Positions 37,438-47,138 of a stretch of DNA of 64,000 bases are shown here, in pieces; positions within the stretch are counted from its first letter, which is position 1; every line of letters starts with the position of its first letter. Location of the stretch: contig OZ242374.1 of NCBI GenBank assembly GCA_965209055.1, positions 64,001 through 128,000 of the forward strand, in the 5' to 3' direction. The position numbers were made by a program, and so were the translations under genes. The DNA is from Acidobacteriota bacterium. GTDB taxonomy: Bacteria > Acidobacteriota > UBA6911 > RPQK01 > JAJDTT01. The notes under the pieces were generated by a model. It saw only the letters and a program-made list of their open reading frames with translations, did no database searches and was not told the DNA's origin.

Positions 37438-38178
37438 TTACTCCTGGTCTTTGAGAATTCGGGTGGGCACCAGCATCGGGACCCTCTTCCGGTACCGGCG
37501 GTAGTCGTCGCCGTGCCGCGTCATGAGGTCGCGCTCCTCCAGGGGCAGGGCAAGGAGGATGTAGCCGGTGGCGGCCGCGGCGAACATCAGGTGTCCGGCG
37601 CTCATCACGGGAGTGGCCCAGAAGGCGACGATGAGTCCCAGCATGAGCGGATGGCGCACGAGCCGGTAGAAACCCGGCGTTCGAAAGCGGTCGGGCGGGA
37701 TTTCCCGCCGCTTGAACCGGAAATAGGCTTGGCGCAGGCCGAACAGGTCGAGATGGCCGATCATGGCCGCCGACAGGGCTACGATCCCCCAACCCAGCCA
37801 TGAGAGTGCGGACAAAAACAGGACTCCGGCGCCATGTTCCACCTGCCAGACCGGTTCGGGCACGGGCCGCCATTGCCAGAACATGACTGCCAGGACGCCG
37901 CTGGTCAGGAGGACGTAAGTGCTCCGCTCCAACGGCTTGGGCACGATCCGGGTCCAGACGGCCTTGAACCCGGGCCGGGCCATGACGCTGTGCTGGAGGG
38001 CGAAAAGTCCCAGCAGGCCGGCATTCACCGGAATCGCATCCGACAGGGGATACGGGGTCCCGGAGTCGATGCTCTTGGGGACCATCAGGTTGCCCACGAA
38101 CCCGGCGGTATAGAGAACGGTGGCGAGGGCGACGCCGTAGGACGTGGCCCCGTAAAGAAGCACTGCGAAGCCACTCAT
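37438..38178 (-). CDS. mddA: Methanethiol S-methyltransferase MddA-like membrane methyltransferase
   Basis: VPKSIDSG, FALQHSVMARP.FK..WTRIVP..LERSTYVL, DLFGLRQ, TP..YRLVRHPLMLG...FWATP.M..GHL and EERDL. Confidence 0.75.
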   Translation of the reverse strand: MSGFAVLLYGATSYGVALATVLYTAGFVGNLMVPKSIDSGTPYPLSDAIPVNAGLLGLFALQHSVMARPGFKAVWTRIVPKPLERSTYVLLTSGVLAVMFWQWRPVPEPVWQVEHGAGVLFLSALSWLGWGIVALSAAMIGHLDLFGLRQAYFRFKRREIPPDRFRTPGFYRLVRHPLMLGLIVAFWATPVMSAGHLMFAAAATGYILLALPLEERDLMTRHGDDYRRYRKRVPMLVPTRILKDQE

Positions 38179-38277
38179 GGGTGCGGCCATTCTACCTGAT
38201 GAAGAAACTTGACTCGGATTTCCAAATGCCGCAAGGTCGGCGTCGATTCGACCCCGACCCATTGGGAGGCCTCATCC

Positions 38278-39753
38278 ATGCGCACACCTTCTCGAATCCG
38301 GATCGTTTTGCTGTTGTGGATCGTCCAGGCGGTCCTGCCGTTCTCTGCCGGACTTCATGCCGAACCTCCGGGAGAGGGGGGCCGCGTCGTCCACGTCGGG
38401 CCGGAGTACAACCTGGAAGAGCTGTTCCTTCACGACGACACGATCGTGGACCGGAGTCAGGGCCTGGTGCTGGCCCCGGCAACGGTGAGGAGACATCCCG
38501 GGAATCCGGTCCTGGTCAAGGACCGCCCCTGGGAAGTGGGAATCCTCAACTACACCTGTGTGCTCCAGGACCGGGAAGAGGGTCTCTTCAAGATGTGGTA
38601 CCAGATCATCCGGCCCAAGGCGGGGGGCGGAGGGAACGAGAGCTGGTGCCTCTACGCCACGTCTCCCGACGGGCTGGTCTGGGAAAAACCGGAACTGGGG
38701 ATCGTGGAGCACGACGGCTCCACCCGGAACAACATCCTCTTCTACGAGCACGAAGGGATTCGGGGGACGCCGTCCTACTGGGTGGAGAAGGACTATGCCG
38801 CCTCCGATCCGTCGCGCCGCTACAAGATGATGCTGCAGCGATGGGACTTCCGGGGACGCGGCGCCGCCATGGCCCATTCCCCCGACGGAATCCATTGGAC
38901 GATTCCCGAATTCGGCAACCGGCTGGGTCCCTTCGATACCCGGAACATCTTCTTCTGGGACGATATCGCCGGAGCCTACGTGGGCTATTTCCGCAGTCAC
39001 GTGGGCAGCCGGCGCTCGATATCCCGGGCCACCAGTCCCGACGGGTACCACTGGTCAAGGCCGGTGACCATCCACACTCCGGACGAGCAGGATCCCCCCA
39101 CCTGGCATCTCTACACTCCGGGGATCTTCAAGTACGCGGGGGCTCGCAACGCCTACTTCATGCTCACCGCCGGGTTCGACGAGGTCACCCACGCCATGTA
39201 CGGAGAGTTGGGGACGAGCCGGGACGGCATCGAATGGCATCGTTTCCGCCGGCCCTTCCTGGGGACTTCGCAAGAGGGGGAGTGGGACGGCGGGCACGTC
39301 ATGCCCATTCCCGCCGATGCGTCCATCGGAGGCGAGACCGCCCTCTTCTACCAGGGGAGCACCAGGCCCGCCCACGACGGCACGGGAGAGCGGGGCATCG
39401 GCGTGGCCTTCCTGGGCCGCGGCGCCTTCGTGGGACGGAAAGCGGCGTCCCAAGGGAGTCTTCTCACCCACCCGCTTCGGATTCGGGACAGCCGCAGCCG
39501 GTTTTTCCTCAATGCCGACGCGGGGGAGGGATCCATCCGGGCCGAGCTGCTGGACGGCTCGGGGCGGGTCCTGGAGGGCTTCTCCCGAGACGACTGCCGG
39601 CCGATTCGGGGCAAGGGAAGCCGGTTGCCGGTTCATTGGACCGGGCAGGAGGAGCTGAAGCAGCACCTGCGCAAGGGGACGGTCCGGCTCAAGCTCTACC
39701 TGGACCAGGCGACCGTCTACGGCTTCTACTGCCGCCGTCCGCCGCGCCGGTGA
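38278..39753 (+). CDS. Secreted five-bladed beta-propeller, glycoside-hydrolase-like
   Basis: HPGNPVL..DRPWE, YATSPDGLVWEKPELG, SPDGIHW and SRDGIEW; same family as the C-terminal domain of 26308-29046. Confidence 0.8.
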   Translation: MRTPSRIRIVLLLWIVQAVLPFSAGLHAEPPGEGGRVVHVGPEYNLEELFLHDDTIVDRSQGLVLAPATVRRHPGNPVLVKDRPWEVGILNYTCVLQDREEGLFKMWYQIIRPKAGGGGNESWCLYATSPDGLVWEKPELGIVEHDGSTRNNILFYEHEGIRGTPSYWVEKDYAASDPSRRYKMMLQRWDFRGRGAAMAHSPDGIHWTIPEFGNRLGPFDTRNIFFWDDIAGAYVGYFRSHVGSRRSISRATSPDGYHWSRPVTIHTPDEQDPPTWHLYTPGIFKYAGARNAYFMLTAGFDEVTHAMYGELGTSRDGIEWHRFRRPFLGTSQEGEWDGGHVMPIPADASIGGETALFYQGSTRPAHDGTGERGIGVAFLGRGAFVGRKAASQGSLLTHPLRIRDSRSRFFLNADAGEGSIRAELLDGSGRVLEGFSRDDCRPIRGKGSRLPVHWTGQEELKQHLRKGTVRLKLYLDQATVYGFYCRRPPRR

Positions 39754-39790
39754 CGGACCGGGGCTGGCACAGCCTGCAGAGGATGCAAAG

Positions 39791-41542
39791 ATGAATCGTT
39801 GGCGCAAGTGTCTCTTGATCCTGCCGTCCGTGCTTTTGACCGTGGCCGCCTGCCAGGTGCCGCGGGAAACTGAGACGGCCCCGGAGCCGACTCCCAACTG
39901 GCCTCCCCGCATCATCTACAACACCGACGGCAACTGGGCCTTCAACTACCTGGCCAACCGCGACCCCCGGGACCTGACCGTGATTCTGGATGCGCTCCAG
40001 GGAACCGCGGTGGACATCGTCACCGTCCTGGTGGGAATCGACGACGATCTCTCCTGGCGCGGGAGCCCGCACGGCGAGCTCTGGGGCGACAACATCGAGG
40101 ACTGGGACCCGGACGACGACACCGCCGTGGCTTCTGTGGGCGGCATGAGCATGTCCGACGTGGAGCGCCTGCACCGGAACCTGGCCGCGGTGGCCGACGA
40201 CGGCCACGATCTCCTGAAGATCTATATCGACCGGGCACGAGAGCTGAATCTGGGAATGTTCGCCTCCTTCCGCATGAACGACGCCCACGTCAATCTCGAG
40301 GACCGGGGGTGGTACGGCCGGTCCGTCCAAAAGCTGGAGAGGACCGACCTGCTGCTGGGCCATCCGGTCTGGTGGGGACCCGGCCAAGCCGACCGGTGGA
40401 ACTTTTCCTGGCAGTGGGACTACTCCAAGCAAGAGGTGCGAGACCGCTTTCTGGGCCTTTTCGAGGAGGTATTGACCCGCTACGACTTCGATGGGCTGGA
40501 GCTGGATTTCGGCCGTGGCGGTCTACTGTTTCGAACCGGGGAGCGGTTCCGGAACATCCCGACGCTGACCGGGTTCATGCGGAACGCCCGGGAGATCGTC
40601 CGCCGGAAGCAGTCGGGAAAAGGAAGGGAGCTCAAGCTCATCGCCCGGGTTCCCGTCAGCATCGACGCCGCTCTGGAGCTGGGTTTCGATCTCGAGACCT
40701 GGATCGGGGAAGGACTGGTGGATGCCGTGATCCTGGGTTCTCCTTCCTACTGCGTGCAGCGCATCGACATCGAGCGGGCCGTCGCGGCGGCATCGGGGAG
40801 CGGGGTCCTCGTCTACACCGGATTCGACTCCTCGACTCACGCGGCATCGCCCCAGGGGGGGTACGAACGGAATCCGGTCACGGTATTGAGGGCGTCGGCC
40901 TTGAACGGCTACAAGCAGGGGGCCGCCGGGGTCCATCTTTTCAACTACGGCTACCGAAGTCATCGCCAGAGTCCCGTTCCGGAAGCCGCCGAAGTGGTGG
41001 CCAAGCCGGTGGGGACCGACAGGCCGGGCCATTTCACCGCGTCCGATCTACAGGACCTGAAGGACCTGGGAGACGCCAAGGCCTTGGAGCGTCTGGACCG
41101 CTGCTACTATGCCGAATCCCGCGCCATGAACTTTCCCGGGGACTATCCGCCCCAGGTGCCCCAGCAACTGTCTCTCGCGGGCCGGGGCGCCGGGCCGGCT
41201 CATGCCATTCGGATCCGCGTGGATGACGACATCGGGGCGGGCCGGACCGACGGCAGAATCCGGAAGACCGAGTTGCGTCTGCGTCTGACCCACGTGGAGA
41301 AATCGCTGGGGCGCGTCCGCTGTGAAGTCAACGGGGAAGGGGTCGATCTCGCGTCCGCCGGCAGGATCCGGAACCGGAAGGGGGAGGAGTGGCTGGTGGT
41401 GGATAACCCGCCGGTGAAGGGTGGAGTCAATACCGTCCTCGTGGTGCTGGAGGGAAAAAAGACGCCGGAGGAGCACACCCATCGTCGCGCGCCCTGGCCC
41501 ACCCTGGAGAGCTGCGAGATCATCGTCAGAACGGGGTCCTGA
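39791..41542 (+). CDS. Lipoprotein with a GHL10-like TIM-barrel glycoside-hydrolase-like domain
   Basis: VAAC lipobox; RIIYNTDG, ASFRMNDAH and DYSKQEVRD...RYDFDGLELDF. Confidence 0.75.
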   Translation: MNRWRKCLLILPSVLLTVAACQVPRETETAPEPTPNWPPRIIYNTDGNWAFNYLANRDPRDLTVILDALQGTAVDIVTVLVGIDDDLSWRGSPHGELWGDNIEDWDPDDDTAVASVGGMSMSDVERLHRNLAAVADDGHDLLKIYIDRARELNLGMFASFRMNDAHVNLEDRGWYGRSVQKLERTDLLLGHPVWWGPGQADRWNFSWQWDYSKQEVRDRFLGLFEEVLTRYDFDGLELDFGRGGLLFRTGERFRNIPTLTGFMRNAREIVRRKQSGKGRELKLIARVPVSIDAALELGFDLETWIGEGLVDAVILGSPSYCVQRIDIERAVAAASGSGVLVYTGFDSSTHAASPQGGYERNPVTVLRASALNGYKQGAAGVHLFNYGYRSHRQSPVPEAAEVVAKPVGTDRPGHFTASDLQDLKDLGDAKALERLDRCYYAESRAMNFPGDYPPQVPQQLSLAGRGAGPAHAIRIRVDDDIGAGRTDGRIRKTELRLRLTHVEKSLGRVRCEVNGEGVDLASAGRIRNRKGEEWLVVDNPPVKGGVNTVLVVLEGKKTPEEHTHRRAPWPTLESCEIIVRTGS

Positions 41543-41557
41543 CATTCAGCCCCGCCA

Positions 41558-43093
41558 TCACAACGGAGGTTCGGAGACGCCGTACGCTTCGCGCAGGCGT
41601 TCGAGCTCAGCCTTCAGTTCCGCGGTGATCCGTTCCGTGCCCTCCCTCCCGTACAGGCTCCGCAGCTCCTGCGGGTCCCGCTCCAAGTCGAACAACTCCC
41701 ACTCGCCGCTCTCGTAGAACCGGATCAGTTTGTAACGTGCGGTCCGCACCCCTTCGTGCGCCGGGACGCCGTGAGCCAATTGGCTCTCATAGTAGTGGTA
41801 GTAGAAGGACCGCCGCCAATTCCGGGGCGGCGCGCCTTTGAGGATGGGCACCAGGCTGCGGCCCTGCATTCGGGGCGGGACCCGGACCCCGGCCATCTCG
41901 AGAAACGTGGCGGCGTAATCCAGGTTCGAGACCAGTTCGCGGCTGGTCGAGCCGGGCTCGACCGCACCGGGCCACCGGATCACCAGCGGGGTCCGCAGCG
42001 ACTCCCGGTACATCCAGCGCTTGTCGAACCAGCCGTGCTCTCCCAGGTAGAAGCCCTGGTCGGAGCTGTAGACCACGACCGTGTTCCGGGACAGGCCGGT
42101 GGCGTCCAGGTAGCGGAGGAGGCGCCCGACGTTGTCGTCGACGGAAGCGATGCAGCGCAGGTAGTCCTTGATGTAGCGCTGGTACTTCCAGCGGACGAGT
42201 TCCTTCCCCGTCAGGTTCGCCGCCTGGAAGGCCTCGTTCTTGGGCTGGTAGATGGCGTCCCAGACCGCTTTCTGATCCGGGTTCATCCTTCCGTAGGTCC
42301 GGTTCCAGCGGATCATGAAGGGGTCGTCCCGGGGTGTTCCCGGGGAAGGCCGGAACTTCAGGTCGTGGGCGGTCATGTGCCGTCCGATCTCCATCCGGTT
42401 GGCGGCCGCCGGCGATGCCCGTCCCGAGTAGTCGTCGAACAGGGTCGGCGGTTCCCACATCTGCTCGCCGTCATAGAGGGTCAGGTGCTCCGGTCCGGGC
42501 ATCCAGTGGCGGTGCGGCGCCTTGTGTTGGCTCATGAGCAGGAAGGGCTGGCCCGGGTTCCGGTTCTTGAGCCATTCCAGCGAGAGGTCCGTGACGATGT
42601 CCGTGGTGTATCCGGTATGCCGGCGGCGCCTGTCGTCCGGACCGACCCGCATGTCCGGGTTGTAGTACGCCCCCTGTCCCGGCAGCACTTCCCAATCGTC
42701 GAAGCCGGTGGGCGCCGACTTCAGATGCCATTTGCCGAAGACGGCCGTCTGGTACCCGGCCTCCTGCAGCAGCTTGGGAAAGGTCTGCTGCGAGCCGTCG
42801 AACGGCAGGAGGTTGTTCAGGACGCCGTTGAGGTGGCTGTACTTGCCGGTGAGGATCACGGCCCGGCTCGGGGCGCAGATGGAATTGGTGACCAGCGCCC
42901 GGTCGAACCGCATTCCCTCCCGGGCGATCCGGTCGATGTTGGGGGTCCGGTTCAGCTTGGAGCCATAGGCCCCGACGGCCTGGTAGGCGTGGTCGTCGGT
43001 GAAGATGAAGAGGATGTTGGGTGGCTTGGCGGCAGCCGGGCCGAATCCGGCCAGCAGCAGCAACAGCGGCAACGAAGCCGCAATCAGGCGCAT
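41558..43093 (-). CDS. Formylglycine-dependent sulfatase (Cys-type)
   Basis: [17 protein letters not shown] (CxPxR), GKWHL and [16 protein letters not shown]; signal peptide. Confidence 0.95.
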   Translation of the reverse strand: MRLIAASLPLLLLLAGFGPAAAKPPNILFIFTDDHAYQAVGAYGSKLNRTPNIDRIAREGMRFDRALVTNSICAPSRAVILTGKYSHLNGVLNNLLPFDGSQQTFPKLLQEAGYQTAVFGKWHLKSAPTGFDDWEVLPGQGAYYNPDMRVGPDDRRRRHTGYTTDIVTDLSLEWLKNRNPGQPFLLMSQHKAPHRHWMPGPEHLTLYDGEQMWEPPTLFDDYSGRASPAAANRMEIGRHMTAHDLKFRPSPGTPRDDPFMIRWNRTYGRMNPDQKAVWDAIYQPKNEAFQAANLTGKELVRWKYQRYIKDYLRCIASVDDNVGRLLRYLDATGLSRNTVVVYSSDQGFYLGEHGWFDKRWMYRESLRTPLVIRWPGAVEPGSTSRELVSNLDYAATFLEMAGVRVPPRMQGRSLVPILKGAPPRNWRRSFYYHYYESQLAHGVPAHEGVRTARYKLIRFYESGEWELFDLERDPQELRSLYGREGTERITAELKAELERLREAYGVSEPPL

Positions 43094-43152
43094 CACGGGG
43101 GGAATTCTACTATCGGCGCCAGGTGCCGCGCACCGAAAGTCGTTCCAAGGGG

Positions 43153-43193
43153 TTGACATACATAGAAGTGCAATGCATTATTCTTCTATGTAT
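43153..43193 (+). promoter_or_regulatory. Sigma70-type promoter overlapped by a likely PadR operator
   Basis: TTGACA (43153-43158)-N17-CATTAT; perfect inverted repeat ATACATAGAAG (43158-43168) / CTTCTATGTAT (43183-43193). Confidence 0.7.
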
Positions 43194-43237
43194 CAAGCCA
43201 TGGACTCTGTCGCCGTCCGCGCGGGAGGCGAGGCCAA

Positions 43238-43606
43238 ATGAATTTCAGCAAGGACCTGGTGGCGGCTTCGGCGACGCCGCTGGTACTGGCGATTTTGGCC
43301 GAGGGGGACAGCTACGGTTACGCCATACTCAGGCGTGTCCGGGAGCTCTCCGGAGGGCAGTTGCAATGGACGGACGGCATGCTCTATCCGGTGCTGCACC
43401 GAATGGATCGGCTCGGCTACGTCGAGACGCGGTGGGAGACCTCCAGGAGCGGACGGAGGCGCAAGTACTATCGGATCAGCCGGCGGGGACGGACGCAACT
43501 GGAGCTCCAGCGGCGGCAGTGGCAAGTGGTGGACGCCACGCTTCGGGCCGTCTGGCACGAGAGGTCCTGGACGGCGACCTGGCAGCCGCAGGCGCAGGAG
43601 AGCTGA
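43238..43606 (+). CDS. PadR-family transcriptional regulator
   Basis: LAIL.EGDSYGYAI, GMLYPVLHR and RRKYYRIS..GR; GGAGG RBS. Confidence 0.92.
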   Translation: MNFSKDLVAASATPLVLAILAEGDSYGYAILRRVRELSGGQLQWTDGMLYPVLHRMDRLGYVETRWETSRSGRRRKYYRISRRGRTQLELQRRQWQVVDATLRAVWHERSWTATWQPQAQES

Positions 43607-43611
43607 AGCAA

Positions 43612-44988
43612 ATGTCCGCATCCGGTCGACAACGGGAGGCTCTGGAGGGACAGATCGCGGAGTGGCGCGCCTATCTGCGCCGCCGCCGGGCCATCTTCGA
43701 CCCGGACGTGGAAGAGCTGGAGAGCCATCTGCGGGAACAGGTGAAGGAGTTGATCGACGCCGGGTTGGCGCCGGACGAAGCCTTTCTGTTGGGAGTCAAG
43801 CGGATGGGCAGCCTGGACGCTCTTTCGCGCGAGTTCGCGCGGGAGCATTCGGAGCGTCTCTGGAAACAACTGGTGCTGGTGAACGGGGAAGGCGGCGAGC
43901 CGGGCCGGGCCGGGTTTGTGGAGACGGCGGTGGCCGTCTGCGTGGCCGTGGCCGCCGCGCTGGCCGTCAAGGCGCCCGAACTCTTCGGCCACTCCCAAAT
44001 CGGCTACGGCGACGGATTCTACCCCCGGAACATCAGCCTCCTGGTCTTGCCTCTCCTCACGGGCTACTTCGTCTGGAAACGGCGCACTCTCGATCTCCGT
44101 TGCCTCTGGTTGGCGCTCCCCTTCGTCGCGGCGGCCCTCTTCATGAACCTTCTCCCCTTCAAGGCCGGCGGGCACACGGAGGTGCTCGCGGCGCTTCACC
44201 TGCCGATCGCGCTCTGGCTGGTCGTGGGAATCGCCTACGCGGGCGGACGTTGGCGCCGCGGGGGCGGGCGCATGGACTTCATCCGTTTCTCCGGCGAGTT
44301 GTTCATCTACTACGTGCTGATCGCCTTGGGCGGAGTCGTGCTGACGGGCTTCACCGGGGTCATGTTCAAATCCATCGGCCTCGATGTGGAGGGGCTGGCC
44401 GAGAAGTGGCTGCTGCCCTGCGGCGCCGCGGGGGCCGTCATCATCGGGGCCTGGCTGGTGGAGGCCAAGCAGAGCGTCATCGAAAACATGGCGCCCGTCC
44501 TGACGCGTCTGTTCACCCCCCTGTTCACCCTGGTCCTGCTGGCCTTTCTGGCGACCATGGCCTGGACCGGCAGCGGCATCGACGTGGAGCGGGAAGTGCT
44601 GATCGGTTTCGATTTGCTGCTGGCGCTGGTGCTGGGCCTGTTGCTCTATGCCGTGTCGGCACGTGACCCGAAGACGCCGCCGGATGCCTTCGACGTGCTG
44701 CAATTCGTGCTGGTGGTCAGCGCTCTGATCGTCGACCTTCTGGCTCTGGCGGCCATCGCGACTCGCATCTCCGAGTTCGGATTCAGCCCCAACCGGGTGG
44801 CGGCGCTGGGCGAGAACCTGATTTTGCTGGTCAATCTGGCGTGGTCGGCCTGGATCTACGGGCGCTTCCTGGTCGGACGCGGTTCGTTCCTCGCTCTGGA
44901 GCGCTGGCAGACGGCGTATCTTCCGGTCTATGCGGTCTGGGCCGGTTTCGTGGCGGTCGGCTTCCCGCCGCTGTTCGATTACGCCTGA
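43612..44988 (+). CDS. Permease-prefix-domain membrane protein (PadR-associated)
   Basis: N-terminal DVEELESHLR..V..L...GL..DEAF...KRMG followed by about 11 TM segments. Confidence 0.85.
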   Translation: MSASGRQREALEGQIAEWRAYLRRRRAIFDPDVEELESHLREQVKELIDAGLAPDEAFLLGVKRMGSLDALSREFAREHSERLWKQLVLVNGEGGEPGRAGFVETAVAVCVAVAAALAVKAPELFGHSQIGYGDGFYPRNISLLVLPLLTGYFVWKRRTLDLRCLWLALPFVAAALFMNLLPFKAGGHTEVLAALHLPIALWLVVGIAYAGGRWRRGGGRMDFIRFSGELFIYYVLIALGGVVLTGFTGVMFKSIGLDVEGLAEKWLLPCGAAGAVIIGAWLVEAKQSVIENMAPVLTRLFTPLFTLVLLAFLATMAWTGSGIDVEREVLIGFDLLLALVLGLLLYAVSARDPKTPPDAFDVLQFVLVVSALIVDLLALAAIATRISEFGFSPNRVAALGENLILLVNLAWSAWIYGRFLVGRGSFLALERWQTAYLPVYAVWAGFVAVGFPPLFDYA

Positions 44989-45001
44989 GTCCGACCCTCC
45001 C

Positions 45002-46417
45002 TCAATCCCCGGCTCCCGCGCCTTGGTTTTGCCACCAGCGGAACTCGTTGCTTCCGATCTCGGCCACGGCCGCCACGTCCAGATCCTGGTCCCCATCCAA
45101 ATCGGCCATGATGACCATATTGGCGCGGGGCCAGGAAGTCTTCAGGGAGTGGGCGGGCCACTTCGACCGGGGGTTCCCGGGATTCTCGAGCCAGACGACC
45201 TGCCCTGCGGGGCCCCACGCCGTGGCCGCCACGTCCGGGTCGCCGTCGCCGTCCAGATCGCCCGCCACCGCCTCGAAGGCGCCGGGAAGAGGTTCCAGGA
45301 TGGTGTGCCGGGGCCACGGGCCGTCGCCGGGGGTGCCGTCGTTTTCGTACCAGACGACTCCGGACCGGTCCTCCGCGCCCGGCCGCACGCCCATGCCCAG
45401 GGCCAGAACCAGATCCGGATCGCCGTCACCATCCATGTCGACCGGATTCCCGTGCGCGGGTCGGACAGGGTCGTCTATGAGGTGACGCTTCCAGGGCCGG
45501 GATACCGGATCGCCGCTGTTTTCGTACCAGAGGACCAGCCCGTCGGCGGCCGCCGTTCCCATGAGGTCTTCGTCGCCGTCGCCGTCCACGTCGGCCACCC
45601 GGATGCAACGGGTCTCGGCAACGTTGGCGTCAATCAAGTGCTTGGGCCACTCCTGCCCCTCTTCATAACAGAGTTGAGTCGGCGGACCATTGCACAGCGT
45701 CCCCGGGTTCTCGAACCAGGCAAACTGGTTCCCCATCCTCCAGGAGGAGGCGGCGACGTCCGGATCGCCGTCGCCGTCCAGGTCCGAGACCGCGACGTTG
45801 TAGGCGCCGGCCAGCCGCGTGGTGATGACGTGCCGCTTCCACAGTTCCGGGGTGTCGTGTGTTCCGGGATTCTGGAACCAGAGGAGGTGACCGTACAGAT
45901 TCTTGACGATCACGACATCGGGGTGGGTGTCCTGGTTGACGTCGCTCACCATGTGCCGCTCCAGCCGCTCCGGATCGTCCTTCTGGATGAAGCGGCGCGT
46001 GAAGGTGCCGGAACCGTCATTTCGGAACCAGTAGAGGTTGTTGGCGGGAGTGTAATCCGCACTGGTCAGGTCCAGGTCTCCGTCCTTGTCCAGATCGGCG
46101 GCCCAGATGCCGTAGGGATAGGCGTAGCCGTCCATGATCAGGTGCTCGGTGAAGCGAACCGGACCCGGGTCAGGGGTGGAAACCCTCCCCGGCGGGGCGT
46201 CCGCGGGAACCTGGTCGGTCTGGCACCCCGCCAGGACGCCGGACAAGAGCAACAGGCACCCGATCCGGGGCCGGCTCGCAGCAACGCTCCTGAATGCGCG
46301 AATTTGAGTTGGAACGGATCTCACGACGTGGCCTCCCAGGTTGGTCCGCGGGGAAGTTCGCCACGGACAGTCTGGCCAGGATAATGCCCAGCCGCGGCAA
46401 TACCAAATTCGGGTCAA
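45002..46417 (-). CDS. FG-GAP/VCBS-repeat lipoprotein
   Basis: Seven DxDxDGDxD-type repeats, each followed by W(F/Y)xN; LAGC lipobox; true start is probably downstream of 46417. Confidence 0.85.
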   Translation of the reverse strand: MTRIWYCRGWALSWPDCPWRTSPRTNLGGHVVRSVPTQIRAFRSVAASRPRIGCLLLLSGVLAGCQTDQVPADAPPGRVSTPDPGPVRFTEHLIMDGYAYPYGIWAADLDKDGDLDLTSADYTPANNLYWFRNDGSGTFTRRFIQKDDPERLERHMVSDVNQDTHPDVVIVKNLYGHLLWFQNPGTHDTPELWKRHVITTRLAGAYNVAVSDLDGDGDPDVAASSWRMGNQFAWFENPGTLCNGPPTQLCYEEGQEWPKHLIDANVAETRCIRVADVDGDGDEDLMGTAAADGLVLWYENSGDPVSRPWKRHLIDDPVRPAHGNPVDMDGDGDPDLVLALGMGVRPGAEDRSGVVWYENDGTPGDGPWPRHTILEPLPGAFEAVAGDLDGDGDPDVAATAWGPAGQVVWLENPGNPRSKWPAHSLKTSWPRANMVIMADLDGDQDLDVAAVAEIGSNEFRWWQNQGAGAGD

Positions 46418-46510
46418 CGAGGCTCCCGGGAGACGTCATGTGTCAATGTCCCTTGAGAAACCCACGCAACCGGCGGTACGAAATTCGCCGGCCAAGCTGT
46501 TTGGAGCGAA

Positions 46511-46539
46511 TTGTGAACCGGGAATGGCTTTGCTATGAT
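46511..46539 (+). promoter_or_regulatory. Putative promoter of the first STAS operon
   Basis: TTGTGA-N17-TATGAT with extended -10 (TGCTATGAT); the same TGCTATGATT occurs at 52241 upstream of the oxygenase. Confidence 0.5.
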
Positions 46540-46606
46540 TCCGTGCGGTTACGTTGTCCCCGGGCAGAAGCGAATATCCGGCCCATATCTTCAGGGAGTC
46601 TATTTG

Positions 46607-46945
46607 ATGGAGGTTCACGCGGAGCGGGAAGGTGGCGCCTTGATCGCCCGGGCCGAGGGCCGTATCGATGGCGCCAACGCGCGTGAATTCGAGAATGCCC
46701 TGCATGCGGCGCTCGGCAAGGATGACAGTATGTTGATCCTGGATCTGCAGTCTCTCTCCTACATCAGCAGCGCGGGTCTTCGGGTCATTTTGATGGCTGC
46801 AAAAATTCTCCAGGGGCGGGGCGGAAAGTTCGTGGTCTGTTCGCTCTCGGAATCAATCGACGAGGTGTTTGAGATCAGTGGTTTCAACCGGATCATCCCG
46901 ACCCATGAGACCCGTTCCGATGCACTCGCCGCCCTTGGCGAGTAG
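46607..46945 (+). CDS. STAS anti-anti-sigma factor, copy 1
   Basis: GRID, DL..LSYISSAGLR (phosphorylatable Ser) and VFEISGF. Confidence 0.93.
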   Translation: MEVHAEREGGALIARAEGRIDGANAREFENALHAALGKDDSMLILDLQSLSYISSAGLRVILMAAKILQGRGGKFVVCSLSESIDEVFEISGFNRIIPTHETRSDALAALGE

Positions 46946-47138
46946 GCAGTCCCCAAGTACCCTTGATTGGGGGGCGCATCCGTCAGACAGGTGGCGACAA
47001 CGTCGCATCATGAGAATTTCTGGCCCCCAATGGCGGCCAATGCCGGGAAACGGACGTAATTGCTGCGACCGGCTCCCGGCGTAGTGTATGGATTTTCGGA
47101 AAGAGTAGGCTTGCGCCGGAGTCTACGGGAGACATGAA

